A stretch of 64,000 nt of DNA from Mytilus edulis (Eukaryota): positions 32,798,001 to 32,862,000 of the forward strand of contig NC_092356.1 of the NCBI RefSeq assembly GCF_963676685.1, given 5' to 3'. Below are positions 39,666-51,020 of this stretch, one piece after another. Position numbers and translations under genes: made by a program. A model generated the notes under the pieces. That model worked only from the letters and a program-made list of their open reading frames with translations. It searched no databases and was not told where the DNA came from. Every line of letters starts with the position of its first letter. The stretch's first letter is position 1.

Positions 39666-41775
39666 ATCGAAAAAGACTGTATTGATAGGATATGATGACA
39701 ACAAGTAACATAGTAAAGTCAGGTTAACATGACAACTGGCAATAACATATTGACAGGCACTTACACTTGACAACATCATAAGACAGGGTCTGATAGCTGA
39801 CAACAAAACATAAATATTGTCTGACAATCGGTTTACCACATTGTATGCAGATGATTTTGATGGGTAATTCTAAGAATTAAATTTAGTTCTGTGTTTAAAC
39901 GGCTAGGAAAAGACCGTTCATGAAACCGATCTAATGCTGGTTAACAATTGTTATCACACCTGTTATTGTTTCTTTTCAATTTCTCTTTGCTTAGATTTCG
40001 ACGTCCGACACTAATGATAGATAATATATATATTCCTCTAACTATAATGCTGGCTTTAATTATTTGTTTGATGAGATGTATTGATTATTGTACTATTGCC
40101 ATTTAAACCAATAGAAAACCACATTTTAATTAGCTGATTGGTTAACAGATTTTAATTTTCACAGCAATTGTTTAAATACACTTATTTGTTGGACAAAATA
40201 TCAGGAAAAATAATACACTGTAACACAAATATATACAGAAGTCAAGGTAAGGAATTTTTTTTCTTAAGAATTAATGAAAATATAGAAACAGCATACATGT
40301 GAAAGTTAATTATTTCAGGAAAACAAATTCAGGAAAACTAAAAAACTAAAAAAAACTAAAAAAAACTAAAAAAAAAAAAATAACAACGTTTGGAGAACAT
40401 ATTTAATTCAAACTGAAATTGATCTATGATCTAACAAATTAACAAAATCTGACAAAGTACAGGTATTTATGACTTCGTGATCCTGATTACGCACAGACAA
40501 TACATTTTACACCGGTTCACGTATTTATGCCTTCCTTTTTTTGACTATGTACATGTATTCATAACTTCATTCTATTGACTAGCTATAGGTGCACGTATTT
40601 ATGCCTACATTCCCTTGACTAGGTAAAATTGAGAATGAAAATGGGAAATATTTCAAAAAGACAACAACCCGACCAAAGAGCAGACAACAGCCGAAGGCCA
40701 CCAATGGGTCTTCAACGCAGCGAGAAAATCCCGCACTCGGAGGTGGTCCTCAGCTGGCCCCTAAATAAAATTGTGTATTAGTTCATTGAAAATGGACGTC
40801 ACACTAAACTCCAAAACATATAATGAACTAAAATTAATAGAACATACAAGACTAACAAAGGCTAGCGGCTCCTGACCTGGAACAGGCGCAAAAATGCGGC
40901 GGGGTTAAATATGTTTTGTGAGATCTCAACCCTCCCCTATACCCCTAGGTGCATGCATTTATGTCTACATTCTCCTAGGTATGTATTACTTCTCTTGACT
41001 AGATGTACGTATTGATGCATTCATTCTCTTGACTATGCACAAGCATGTATGCTTTCATTCTCCTCATTAAGTGCACGTATTTATGTCTATATTCTCCTGT
41101 TCATATACAGGTATGTGATCGTTCTCCTAACTAGGGACGGTTATGTGTACCTTCATTCTCTTGACAAGGTACAGATTATTCCTGCATTCTCCTGATAACA
41201 GGTGTTATTATTCCATTCTCCTGACTGGGTACACGTACATGTATGTATGTATTCGTGCTCTTGACCTGCAGCACGTATGTATGACAGTGCACACGTATGT
41301 ACGCCTTCATTCACTTGAATAGGAGCATGGTATTATGTTTACATTATCCTGTCTATAAAGAAATAATAAGAGACCAAATGACACAGAAATAAACAACTAT
41401 AGATCACCGGACGGCCTTCAACAATGAGCTAAGCCCATACCGCATAGTCAGCTATAAATGCCCGAGATGACAAATGTAAAACAATTCAAACGAGAAAACT
41501 AACGGCCTAATTTATATACAAAATGATTAACGAAAAACAAATTAGTTACACAGCGACAAGCCACATCCACTGAAGTGCAGGCTCTTGGCTTGGGACAGGC
41601 ACATACAGAATGCGGCGGGGTTAAAATAGTTTGTTGACGCTAACCCTTCACCTAACCTGGGACAGTGGTGTAACTATGTTTACATATGTGTTCATTTTCC
41701 CGACTTCAATTCAGATTAGAAAGAGATAATCGATAGGACAAAGCAGTTTGAATTATTCTAACCTTTTGTCTATTA

Positions 41776-42223
41776 GGTCCGAGACCACAATTGTCGTCCC
41801 TTGATTTTCGTTGTTCATAGTCCCCAGTGTTGACCGTGGATTACTTCCATTAACTTTTATGCCCCTTTTATGCTCAAATTTATTTCTCCATGTTTAATGC
41901 CTCAAATTGCAAGTAGGGGGTGAAATTACACTGTAAAAAGATTTGGGTCCAGAATTTTAAAGGAAAGTAGTGATTTGGTCCAGCTGAAAAACGTTGAAAA
42001 TTAGCACTTCGGAAGCTGTCAAAAGATTTCAAGACGCCCTAAACATGAAATTGTCCATATTTTGAGTTAGAGCCGATGAAGTTTTCTATAATTTTGATAT
42101 AATTTGTCCCAAAAGTAGTACAACACACTGTAAAAGTTTCTTTGAGAAAGCGCAGGTGGTTTTTTTTTATTTTCATTTATGTTCTAAAAGAAATGCACTA
42201 CGAAATAATTGTGGTCTCGGACC
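41776..42223. mobile_element. MITE with 17-bp TIRs, about 145 bp upstream of the GPCR start
   Basis: GGTCCGAGACCACAATT ... AATTGTGGTCTCGGACC perfect inverted ends. Confidence 0.8.
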
Positions 42224-42367
42224 ATTTTTCATTCCTTCCACACATCGTTAGACATTTATGAATTTTCTTGTTGACATCAAAGTGTTTTGAAATTTAATTT
42301 TAATTAAGCAACCAATACCAAATGTTTTAAATATTTTAGTGACTAGTATAAGCAGCCTTTACTTCAA

Positions 42368-43942
42368 ATGATGTTCAGAGTACATAGCACGATAATTAGT
42401 CTGGTTTTGATATCGTTGAAAGGGAAATTAACGACCAGTTCTACTCCACAATCAAACAAAGTGCGCACGTTGTATCCTGCAATGTATATAACAACAAAGG
42501 AGACTCCATCTAGAAGCACAGTCAGTGAAGCAATAACAATATTTGGAATGCATATTACAGCAGAGGAGACACAAGCTAGAAGTACAGTCAGAGAAGCAAT
42601 TACAATATTTGGAACGAATATCACAGCAGAGGGGACACCAGCTAGAAGAACAGTCAGAGAAGCAATAACAACATTAGGAATTAATATCACAGCTGAAGAG
42701 ACACCAGCTAGAAGTACAGTCAGAGAAGCAATAACAATAGTTGGAATGAATACTACAGCAGAGGAGACACAAGCTGGATTTATAGTCAGAGAAGCAATAA
42801 CAATATTTAGAATAGATTTAACAACGTCAAGTAGTGTGATACCAACTGGAGCTTGTCTGAATGAGAACAATACAAAAACTAGGTCACCAAACCTCGATAT
42901 TTACCCTAGCTCTTTACTAGCAATATTAAAAGACATTGAATTTTACCAGAACGCGTATATAATTCCACCAATTTGTTTAATAGGACTTGTGGGAAATATC
43001 ATTGTAACGTTAGTTTTATTTGACAGATGTAATACTGGATCTTCATTCGTATACATGTTCTCATTTGTAATGGCTGATATTTTAAGTCTTCTATCAGATA
43101 TGTTAGTATCATTATCCAATATACTAGAACTATATGTCTCTGGTGCTTGGGAGAGGATATTTATCCAAATGAGACATTGGAATCAAGTGTTTGTAACGTA
43201 CACGTTTCGGTGTACAGCTATCAATATTTTGTGTGTACTTTCTGTGGAAAGATTCCTGGCAATTAAATATCCCATTCACCTGAAGTCATCTCTAACAGCT
43301 CGGTTTCCATTCATATTTATTTCACTCTCATTTCTTTTTGGTTGCTCTGCTAACATATCAAAAGTCATTAATACTACGTTTGCAGACATTGTATTAGATG
43401 GAACAAATTTAACCGTGTATTCGCCTGTACGCTCATATTTTTATTTACAGAATATTGTGAGGTCAAACACAGTAATTCTTACATCAAAGATTTTTTCTGG
43501 GCCACTTCAAATCATTATTTTCTGTATAATGAATGGGCTTATATTGTATGAGATGTATACATATAGGAAAACAATGCAAGCATTAAATTTAATTGCTGTT
43601 AATCAACAACGGAAATGCGTTCAAATTAAATTGTGCAAAATTTTTCTTGTTCTGTGTCTAGCAAACATTTTAGCTTTTCTTCCAAATTCACTGATCATTA
43701 TTATTGCACGTTTATTTCCAGAATTAGGAATTAATAAAATCACATCGCACACATCCCGATTTATCAGTCAAGCCGGAACTATTCTCCGTATCATAAATAG
43801 TGCCAGCGACTTCTTAATATTGATAGCTATGTCCTCTGGTATTAAGAATGCATTTAAGAATAAATGTATTTGTCCTGGTAAGTCTACGCGTGATCGCAAA
43901 GAAGTATCATCTAATATTAAAACTTCGGACAACTTCATTTAA
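42368..43942 (+). CDS. Intronless rhodopsin-like (class A) GPCR, FMRFamide-receptor/chemoreceptor-like, with Thr-rich repeat ectodomain
   Basis: 524-aa ORF. Hydrophobic N-terminus; seven TM segments with GLVGN (TM1), MAD (TM2), SVERFLAIKYP (TM3, DRY-equivalent), GP...MN (TM5), FLP (TM6), INSASDF (TM7); basic helix 8 followed by CIC. Confidence 0.95.
   Translation: MMFRVHSTIISLVLISLKGKLTTSSTPQSNKVRTLYPAMYITTKETPSRSTVSEAITIFGMHITAEETQARSTVREAITIFGTNITAEGTPARRTVREAITTLGINITAEETPARSTVREAITIVGMNTTAEETQAGFIVREAITIFRIDLTTSSSVIPTGACLNENNTKTRSPNLDIYPSSLLAILKDIEFYQNAYIIPPICLIGLVGNIIVTLVLFDRCNTGSSFVYMFSFVMADILSLLSDMLVSLSNILELYVSGAWERIFIQMRHWNQVFVTYTFRCTAINILCVLSVERFLAIKYPIHLKSSLTARFPFIFISLSFLFGCSANISKVINTTFADIVLDGTNLTVYSPVRSYFYLQNIVRSNTVILTSKIFSGPLQIIIFCIMNGLILYEMYTYRKTMQALNLIAVNQQRKCVQIKLCKIFLVLCLANILAFLPNSLIIIIARLFPELGINKITSHTSRFISQAGTILRIINSASDFLILIAMSSGIKNAFKNKCICPGKSTRDRKEVSSNIKTSDNFI
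42488..42817 (+). repeat. Coding 66-bp (22-aa) tandem repeat, 5 copies, in the GPCR N-terminus
   Basis: ITAEETPARSTVREAITIFGxN units; GTCAG.GAAGCAAT recurs every 66 nt. Confidence 0.95.
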
Positions 43943-44109
43943 AGAAATAAGAAATAAATTCACCACAGGGGCGGATCCAACCACTTTTAAAGGGGGGTCC
44001 CAACCCAAGATAAAGGGTGGGGTTCCAACTATATGTCCCCATTCAAATGCATTGATCGTCAAAAAAAGGGGGTTCCAAACCCCGGACCCCCCCCCCCCCC
44101 CCCCCTTTA

Positions 44110-45367
44110 CACCTGGCTGTTGTATAAGACTGTGATATTGTATGGACACCTGGCTGTTTTTTAAGACTGTTATATTGTATGGACACCTGGCTGTTGTATA
44201 AGACTGTGATATTATATGGACACATGGCTGTTTTTTAAGACTGTTATATTGTATGGACACCTGGCTGTTGTTTAAGACTGTTATATTGTATGTGGCCATC
44301 TGGCTGTTGTTTAAGACTGTTATATTGTATGTGGACACCTGGCTGTTGTTTAAGACTGTTATATTGTATGGACACCTGGCTGTTGTTTAAGACTGCTCTA
44401 TTGTATGTGGACACCTGGCTGTTGTTAAAGACTGTTATATTGTATGTGGACACCTGTCTGTTGTTTAAGACTGTTATACTCTATGTGGACAACTGGCTGT
44501 TGTTTAAGACTGTTATATTGTATGTGGACACCTGGCTGTTGTTTAAAACTGTTATATTGTATGGACACCTGGCTGTTGTTTAAGACTGCTCTATTGTATG
44601 TGGACACCTGACTGTTGTTAAAGACTGTTTTATTGTATTTGGACACCTGTCTGTTGTTTAAGACTGTTATACTCTATGTGGACACCTGGCTGTTGTTTAA
44701 GACTGTTATATTGTATGTGGACCCCTGGCTGTTGTTTAAGACTGCTCTATTGTATGTGGACACCTGGCTGTTGTTTAAGACTGTTATATTGTATGTGGAC
44801 ACCTGGCTGTTGTTTAAGCCTGCTGTATTGTATGTGGACACCTGACTGTTGTTTAAGACTGTTATATTGTATGTGGACACCTGTCTGTTATTTAAGACTG
44901 TTATACTCTATGTGGACACCTGGCTGTTCTTTAAGACTGTTATATTGTATGTGGACCCCTGGCTGTTGTTTAAGACTGTTCTATTGTATGTGGAGACCTG
45001 GCTGTTGTTTAAGACTGCTCTATTGTATGTGGACACCTGGCTGTGGTTTAAGACTGCTCTATTGTATGTGGACATCTGGCTGTTGTTTAAGACTGCTCTA
45101 TTGTATGTGGACACCTGGTTGTTGATTAAGACTGTTATATTGTATGTGGACCCCTGGCTGTTTTTTAAGACTGTTATATTGTATGTGGACACCTTGCTGT
45201 TGTTTAAGACTTTTATATTGTATGTGGACACCTGGCTGTTGTTTAAGACTGTTATTCTGTGTGTGGACACCTGTCTGTTATTGAAGAAAGTTATGTTGTA
45301 TGGACACCTGGCTGTTGTTTAAGACTGTTATATTGTATGTGTACACCTGGCTGTTGTTTAAGACTGT
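44110..45367 (+). repeat. 39-bp minisatellite (37-bp variants), about 33 copies
   Basis: GTGGACACCTGGCTGTTGTTTAAGACTGTTATATTGTAT repeated. It accounts for the repetitive ORFs at 43907-45322. Confidence 0.97.
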
Positions 45368-46339
45368 ATGATGTCCTCCAAATTTCTGTTGGTTATTTGT
45401 ATTGTTGGGCTACTTTATTCAGCACATCTCTTTTTTAATTCCTATTGTTTGATTTTGCAATTTATTTATTTATTTTTTTAGGGGGAAGGGGGAGGGGGTA
45501 ATACATCTACCCATTTGTATACTATGCGAATATCTGTTGGTAATAGTGGTTTTTATTTTGTATGAAGTAGTGTGCCGTTGCTGCTCTTCTGGCTTAGAGA
45601 GTCCGTTCAGTTATACCGAGATCTCTACACGTAAACAGATTTCTTCCAACAAGTTTCTTGCCGAGCGGCGTCCGTTTTCCTGCGCAGGATGTACAAATAC
45701 AGAGTCTGCTTTGGGACGTGAACTCCAATTTATTCATATAGGTATTTGTAACTAAATATGATATGTTTGTCGCGTCGTCAAACCCACTGCTTTCTACAAA
45801 TTTAAAGAATACATAAATTAAGGACCCCCCCCCCCCCCAAAAAAAAAAAAAAAAAAATACCCTCAGATACTGTGTATCCAAAATGTTACTGCTTTATGTC
45901 TATATTTCGTCATTTCATTTCAACTAACTTCCTCCGGTTATTTTATGTGTAACAAAGAAAAACATTCAGGTGGCATCAATCATTCAATAAATCATTAATA
46001 GTTATCAAAGGTACAAGGCTTATAATTTGATACGCCAGACGCGCGTTTCTTCTACATAAGACTCACCAGTGACGCGCAGATCAAAATAGTTAGAAACACA
46101 AAACAAGTACAAAGTTGAAGAGCATTGAGGACCTAATTTCGTCTATTTCTCAGAGTGAGCAACACTTACGACACAAGATCTAGACTAACATATAAGGTTC
46201 ATGCGTGAAGTAAGGACTGTTCTAGGTCATGGGATAAAACATGTATAAATAAAGCACAAATTTATGTATTGAAAATGTTATTTATAATTTTTTCATCAGA
46301 CATTAATTGCAAGAAACCAAATCCAAACTTTGTGAATTA

Positions 46340-46810
46340 GATAAAACGGAATGAGTTAAAAATTTGTTTAATGACAGAAATGAATGTAACGAACTTATAT
46401 GGAGTATAAAAATGTTCTATAATTTGATTCTTATGTAAGACCGGTAAAACTAGTTCGTACATGTAATAGGCAGCATAGACGAGTTTTGTCAAATTTCAGT
46501 AGTGACTGTTTACCACCGGCAGTTGAAACAGGTAGATACACCAGGCCAAATGCCTTTTAATGAACGTGCAATGTAGTTGTATATACTGTGTTGAGGATGA
46601 AAAGCATTTTTAGTAAAGGTGCAATTTTTATTTAGATTTAAGATATGATTTAATGAAAAATTCTTGTGATATTTTCGAGACATTTAACGATCCTGAATTA
46701 CAAGACAAATTTATTTTCTTATTTTCTTAAGGTCAAATGATGCAATTCAACCATTTTTAGCAAAAACCTTACATAAAATGTTTTATCGAAGAAGGTATTG
46801 TGTGTAATGA
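46340..46810 (+). mobile_element. Decayed 3' end of an RTEX-like LINE
   Basis: RTY..YK, HRRVLSNF...CLPPAVETGRYTRP and a degraded CCHC tail. Confidence 0.65.
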
Positions 46811-49800
46811 TATTTTTTATGTATAAGTTTTAATTTTTTATTTAAGTATGTGTTATTTTTTAAATGGCCAATACGTCAGTAATGTTTTTAATATTTTAAT
46901 TGTATTATTTATTATCGCTATTTTGTTCATTTTTCCTTTTTTTGATCTTTTTTTGCGATAATTTTTCATATCATGCCACTCGTTTAAGATGGAAAATTAT
47001 CGCTAGAAACTAAGAAGGCACGTGGCGTTACTAACGAAATTGACATGAAATTGACATCGTCGTCATAGGTAAAATAGCGATAAATAGATTATCATTGGTC
47101 ATCTCAACTCGATTGCCTTTCTCGCTTTCGCCGTCCCGGCTCAAGCGAGAAAATCAATCTCGTTGAGATGATCAACGATATCTATAAATATCTTATTTTA
47201 GATTGTATATTATGTAATTATGTATTCATTGTGTTTTATATTGGTATGAAACACTTTAATAAATTATTCTGATTCTGATATAAAAAGATTAAAAGGGAAA
47301 ATACGATTTGTCAATTTTATGGTTTAAATGAAAAAATAGATGAACCCCACTTCTATTTAAAAATTTACATGAGATTCAAGAGCAACATAATTTAGATATT
47401 GTAATAAAAATAGTACTTATGCCTTGACTTTTGTAGTGCTCCATTTATTAAAAAGTCCAAAATACTGTTGAAAGTGGACTAGTTAACAGTATAAGTAAAT
47501 GAAAAGTAATTAAAAATTGTATTTCATTCTTTCCTTCTATTGTATTCTTGTTAGTAAATTACTGCATTTATTGGTTGCTATCAACCCTTCAAGATATAAA
47601 TGTCCATTTGATATACAAATTAAAATTACATAATTTATAGTATTATAGTGACATAAAAATTATCTTATTGCTATACAAAAATACACAATATTAACATTGT
47701 CATTTATACTGTATTCGGCAGTGCATTGCATTGATTATACTGCGAAATAAAACTCCAGCTATTTACATGTACTTGCTTGTCATTTTTATTGTAGTTACAT
47801 AAAACACTTATAGAAGAGAGGCGAAAGATACCAAAGGAAAATTCAAACTCATAAGTCGTAAAACAATTGACAATGCCATGACAAAAAACAAAAATCGACT
47901 TAAAGACAAACAACAATGCACATAAACACAACATAGAAAACCAAAGACCGAGCAACACGACAACATTTGAAGTCTACTTTAGTATTTTAAATGATATACT
48001 CTATTACCACTGGGTTAATACCTCTGTTTGTGGACTATCAGTCACCGAGAGTACCATCCGCCTAGTGTTTCTTAAATGATTTGAATAATGCGTTTGTCTA
48101 TAAATTCCCTTCAATTCTTGGTTAATTTTAGCTGAACAAAATGGAATATCTGTACCATTAGCGAATGTACAAAAGTCCGGTTGGAGATTGCAAAGTTTTG
48201 AAATTTACAATTGGAGGTTTAACTACTACTTGTGTAAAACAAAAGCAAAAACGCCACGGGAAACCAAAGATTGAGTAAAAAGATCGCCTATGAAACCCCT
48301 TCGCTTATGATCCATTTAGAACTTCAGATCTGATATTTTAGAGTTTGGAATCACATTATATAAGAAAAATGAAATTTTCACAAGACATATAACACTTTTA
48401 TGTTCAGACATTCCCGTTGATGGTAAAGAAAACATGTCCGTTTCAGGTGTCAGACAACCAATTAAAAATCCCTATCTGTTCAACCAAATTTTGCAATTTT
48501 CACAGCTTTCTAAATATTTTACCTTAAGTTTAACCTCATAGAAACCAGGTATATCCTTAATTGTACATGTATCAGCTTTCTACATGCCAATTTTCACCAT
48601 ACCTTTAAAGCCTTCTAACAAAATAACTGACCTTCAAACAGAGGTACTCCAAAACAAAAACCTGGTTTTCTGGAAATCTAAAATTAGTATACTATGGGGC
48701 GCATTAATCCTCAATGTTTAATGCAAACTCATAGACAAGTATATTTTGGCTCAAAATGATCTAGATATATTTCTCTTTCACCAAAAGTTTCATTTCTGCA
48801 AATTTGTTGGTTAGTTTAAGTAAACAAGGACATCAAAAGCACTATTTTGTGTCAGAGTAGGGCTACTTTTACATACGTTCTAAATTGGAGGGAGTAATTG
48901 GTGGTCTGACACCTTCAGACTAATATTTATTTAAAAGTGTGATAATTTTATACCTTAACGAGGTAGGAATATAATGGCATACAGATATTTGTCAACACTT
49001 GCTATTTGTTTCCCTTTTCTAAGCTTTTGAAACCATATTAATATAATTTCGTGCAAAAAGATATAGAATTTTATAATCTTTTCCGTCATTATTGCCTCTA
49101 TTGCCATCAGAGAGATTTTAATACTATATGCAAAAGTAATAAACGACTATATATTCTCGTTTTTAAAGATAGCTCTTTAGGTGTTTTTTCTTTCTTATAT
49201 AGATTTTTAATTCTGTTTATTTTTTAAAGAACGGATATTTATTACTGCTTTGAAATTTTTTTTTTGTTATTTTCTGCCAAAATTCTGAACTTTTTTGCTT
49301 GTTTAATTCTTCAAAAATAACAACGAACATTTTATGATTTTTTTTTCAGATAATGTCTCTTCAGTATATAACATTTCTGCCAATACGTAAGAAAAATATA
49401 ATTAAAAAAATGTTTCAATGATGAAACCCAAATAGGATTTGGATACAGTTATATAAGAATTGAATCCTTGTCCAGTTACGATAAATTAAACATGATCGAA
49501 ACAATGATTACGAATGAAGATCAGGAAAGATGAAATGTTAACCAGTGTCGTAACTTATATATTTATATATCTGTATGCTGCAACATCCACATCGTCTAAA
49601 GAATTATACAACATTTTCTTTTCCTTGATTTTTAATGGATTTTATTCACTTCTATTTACACCTGGTTTTGTCCCGCAAAAATCATGAGCATAAGAAGAAT
49701 AACATATACAAATACGAGTTGGAACCTTTTCAGCAGCATTCTTATTGAACGCTTATGAAGACTTTTAAAAGCATCCAAGCGACAATATCTTGAACCTGTA

Positions 49801-50393
49801 AAACAAAAACAAAAATGTATGAGTCATATAAAAAAAATGAAGACAACACATTATAATTTCATGCTTCCGAAGGTCTTTTCTTGATTTACCTTTCTCAGGA
49901 ACGCTCAAAGGGAGACTTTAGGAATTTTAGTCCTCAATGCTCTTCAACTTCGTAATTTATTTGGCCTTTTTAACTTTTTTGAATTCGAGCGTCACTAATG
50001 AGTTTTTGTAGACGAAACGCGCGTGTGGCGTAAATATAAAATTTAAATCCTGGTATCTATATGATGAGTTTATTATGTCTCCTGTTGTCTCCGAAGAACA
50101 TATGCAAAAATGGGAAGTCCATGAAACACTCCAAAACCACTCTGATTAAAATAGAAAACTGCGAAAGTTTTACCCGCGCTATCACGAGGTGGTTAACCGT
50201 TATTGAATATCTGTGTCACTAATGTCCAAACATACGTTACAACGTTTCGTTATCCCAACCCCATACTCTTTTCGTTATTTTTCTATGGATTTGTGTTACT
50301 CAGTCATTCTTTTTCTATATAATGTTTGAGGGATTTGTTTGTCATTTCATCGTCTTTTGGTTTTTTTTCATGGCGGCGTTGTCATTTTCTCTT

Positions 50394-51020
50394 CGACTTA
50401 TTAATCCGGCATGCCCCTGGTATCTTCCGTCTCGACTTATTAATCCTGAATGCCCCTGGTATCTTCCGTCTCCACATATTAATCCTGAATGCCCCTGGTA
50501 TCTTCCGTCTCGACTGATTAATCCTGAATGCCCCTGGTATCTTCCGTCTCGACTTATTAATCCTGAATGCCCCTGGTATCTTCCGTCTCGACTGATTAAT
50601 CCTGAATGCCCCTGGTATCTTCCGTCTCGACTTATTAATCCGGAGAGCCCCTGGTATCTTCCGTCTCGACTTATTAATCCGGAATGCCCGTGGTATCTTC
50701 CGTCTCGACTTATTAATCCGGAATGCCCCTGGTATCTTCCGTCTCGACTTATTTATCCGGAATGCTCCTGGTATTTTCCGTCTCCACTTATTTATCCGGA
50801 ATGCCCCTGGTATCTTCCGTCTCCACTTATTAATCCGGAATGCCCCTGGAATCTTCCGTCTCGACTTATTTATCCGGAATGCCCCTGGTATCTTCCGTCT
50901 CGACTTATTAATCCGGAATGCCCCCGGTTTCTTCCGTCTCGACTTATTAATCCGGAATGCCCGTGGTATCTTCCGTCTCCACTTATTAATCTGGAATGCC
51001 CCTGGTAACTTCCGTCTCGA
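50394..51020 (+). repeat. 39-bp minisatellite, about 16 copies, in the last intron of copy 2
   Basis: CGACTTATTAATCCGGAATGCCCCTGGTATCTTCCGTCT repeated. It gives the RLINPECPWYLPS ORFs. Confidence 0.97.

Noticed and set aside
42364-42870. 168-aa hydrophobic antisense ORF
   Set aside because: It is the shadow of the GPCR's 66-bp coding repeat.
43907-45322. Repetitive ORFs (STYNITVLNNSQV, MWTPGCCLRLLYC) as proteins
   Set aside because: They are a by-product of a 39-bp minisatellite; 37-bp variants break the frames repeatedly.
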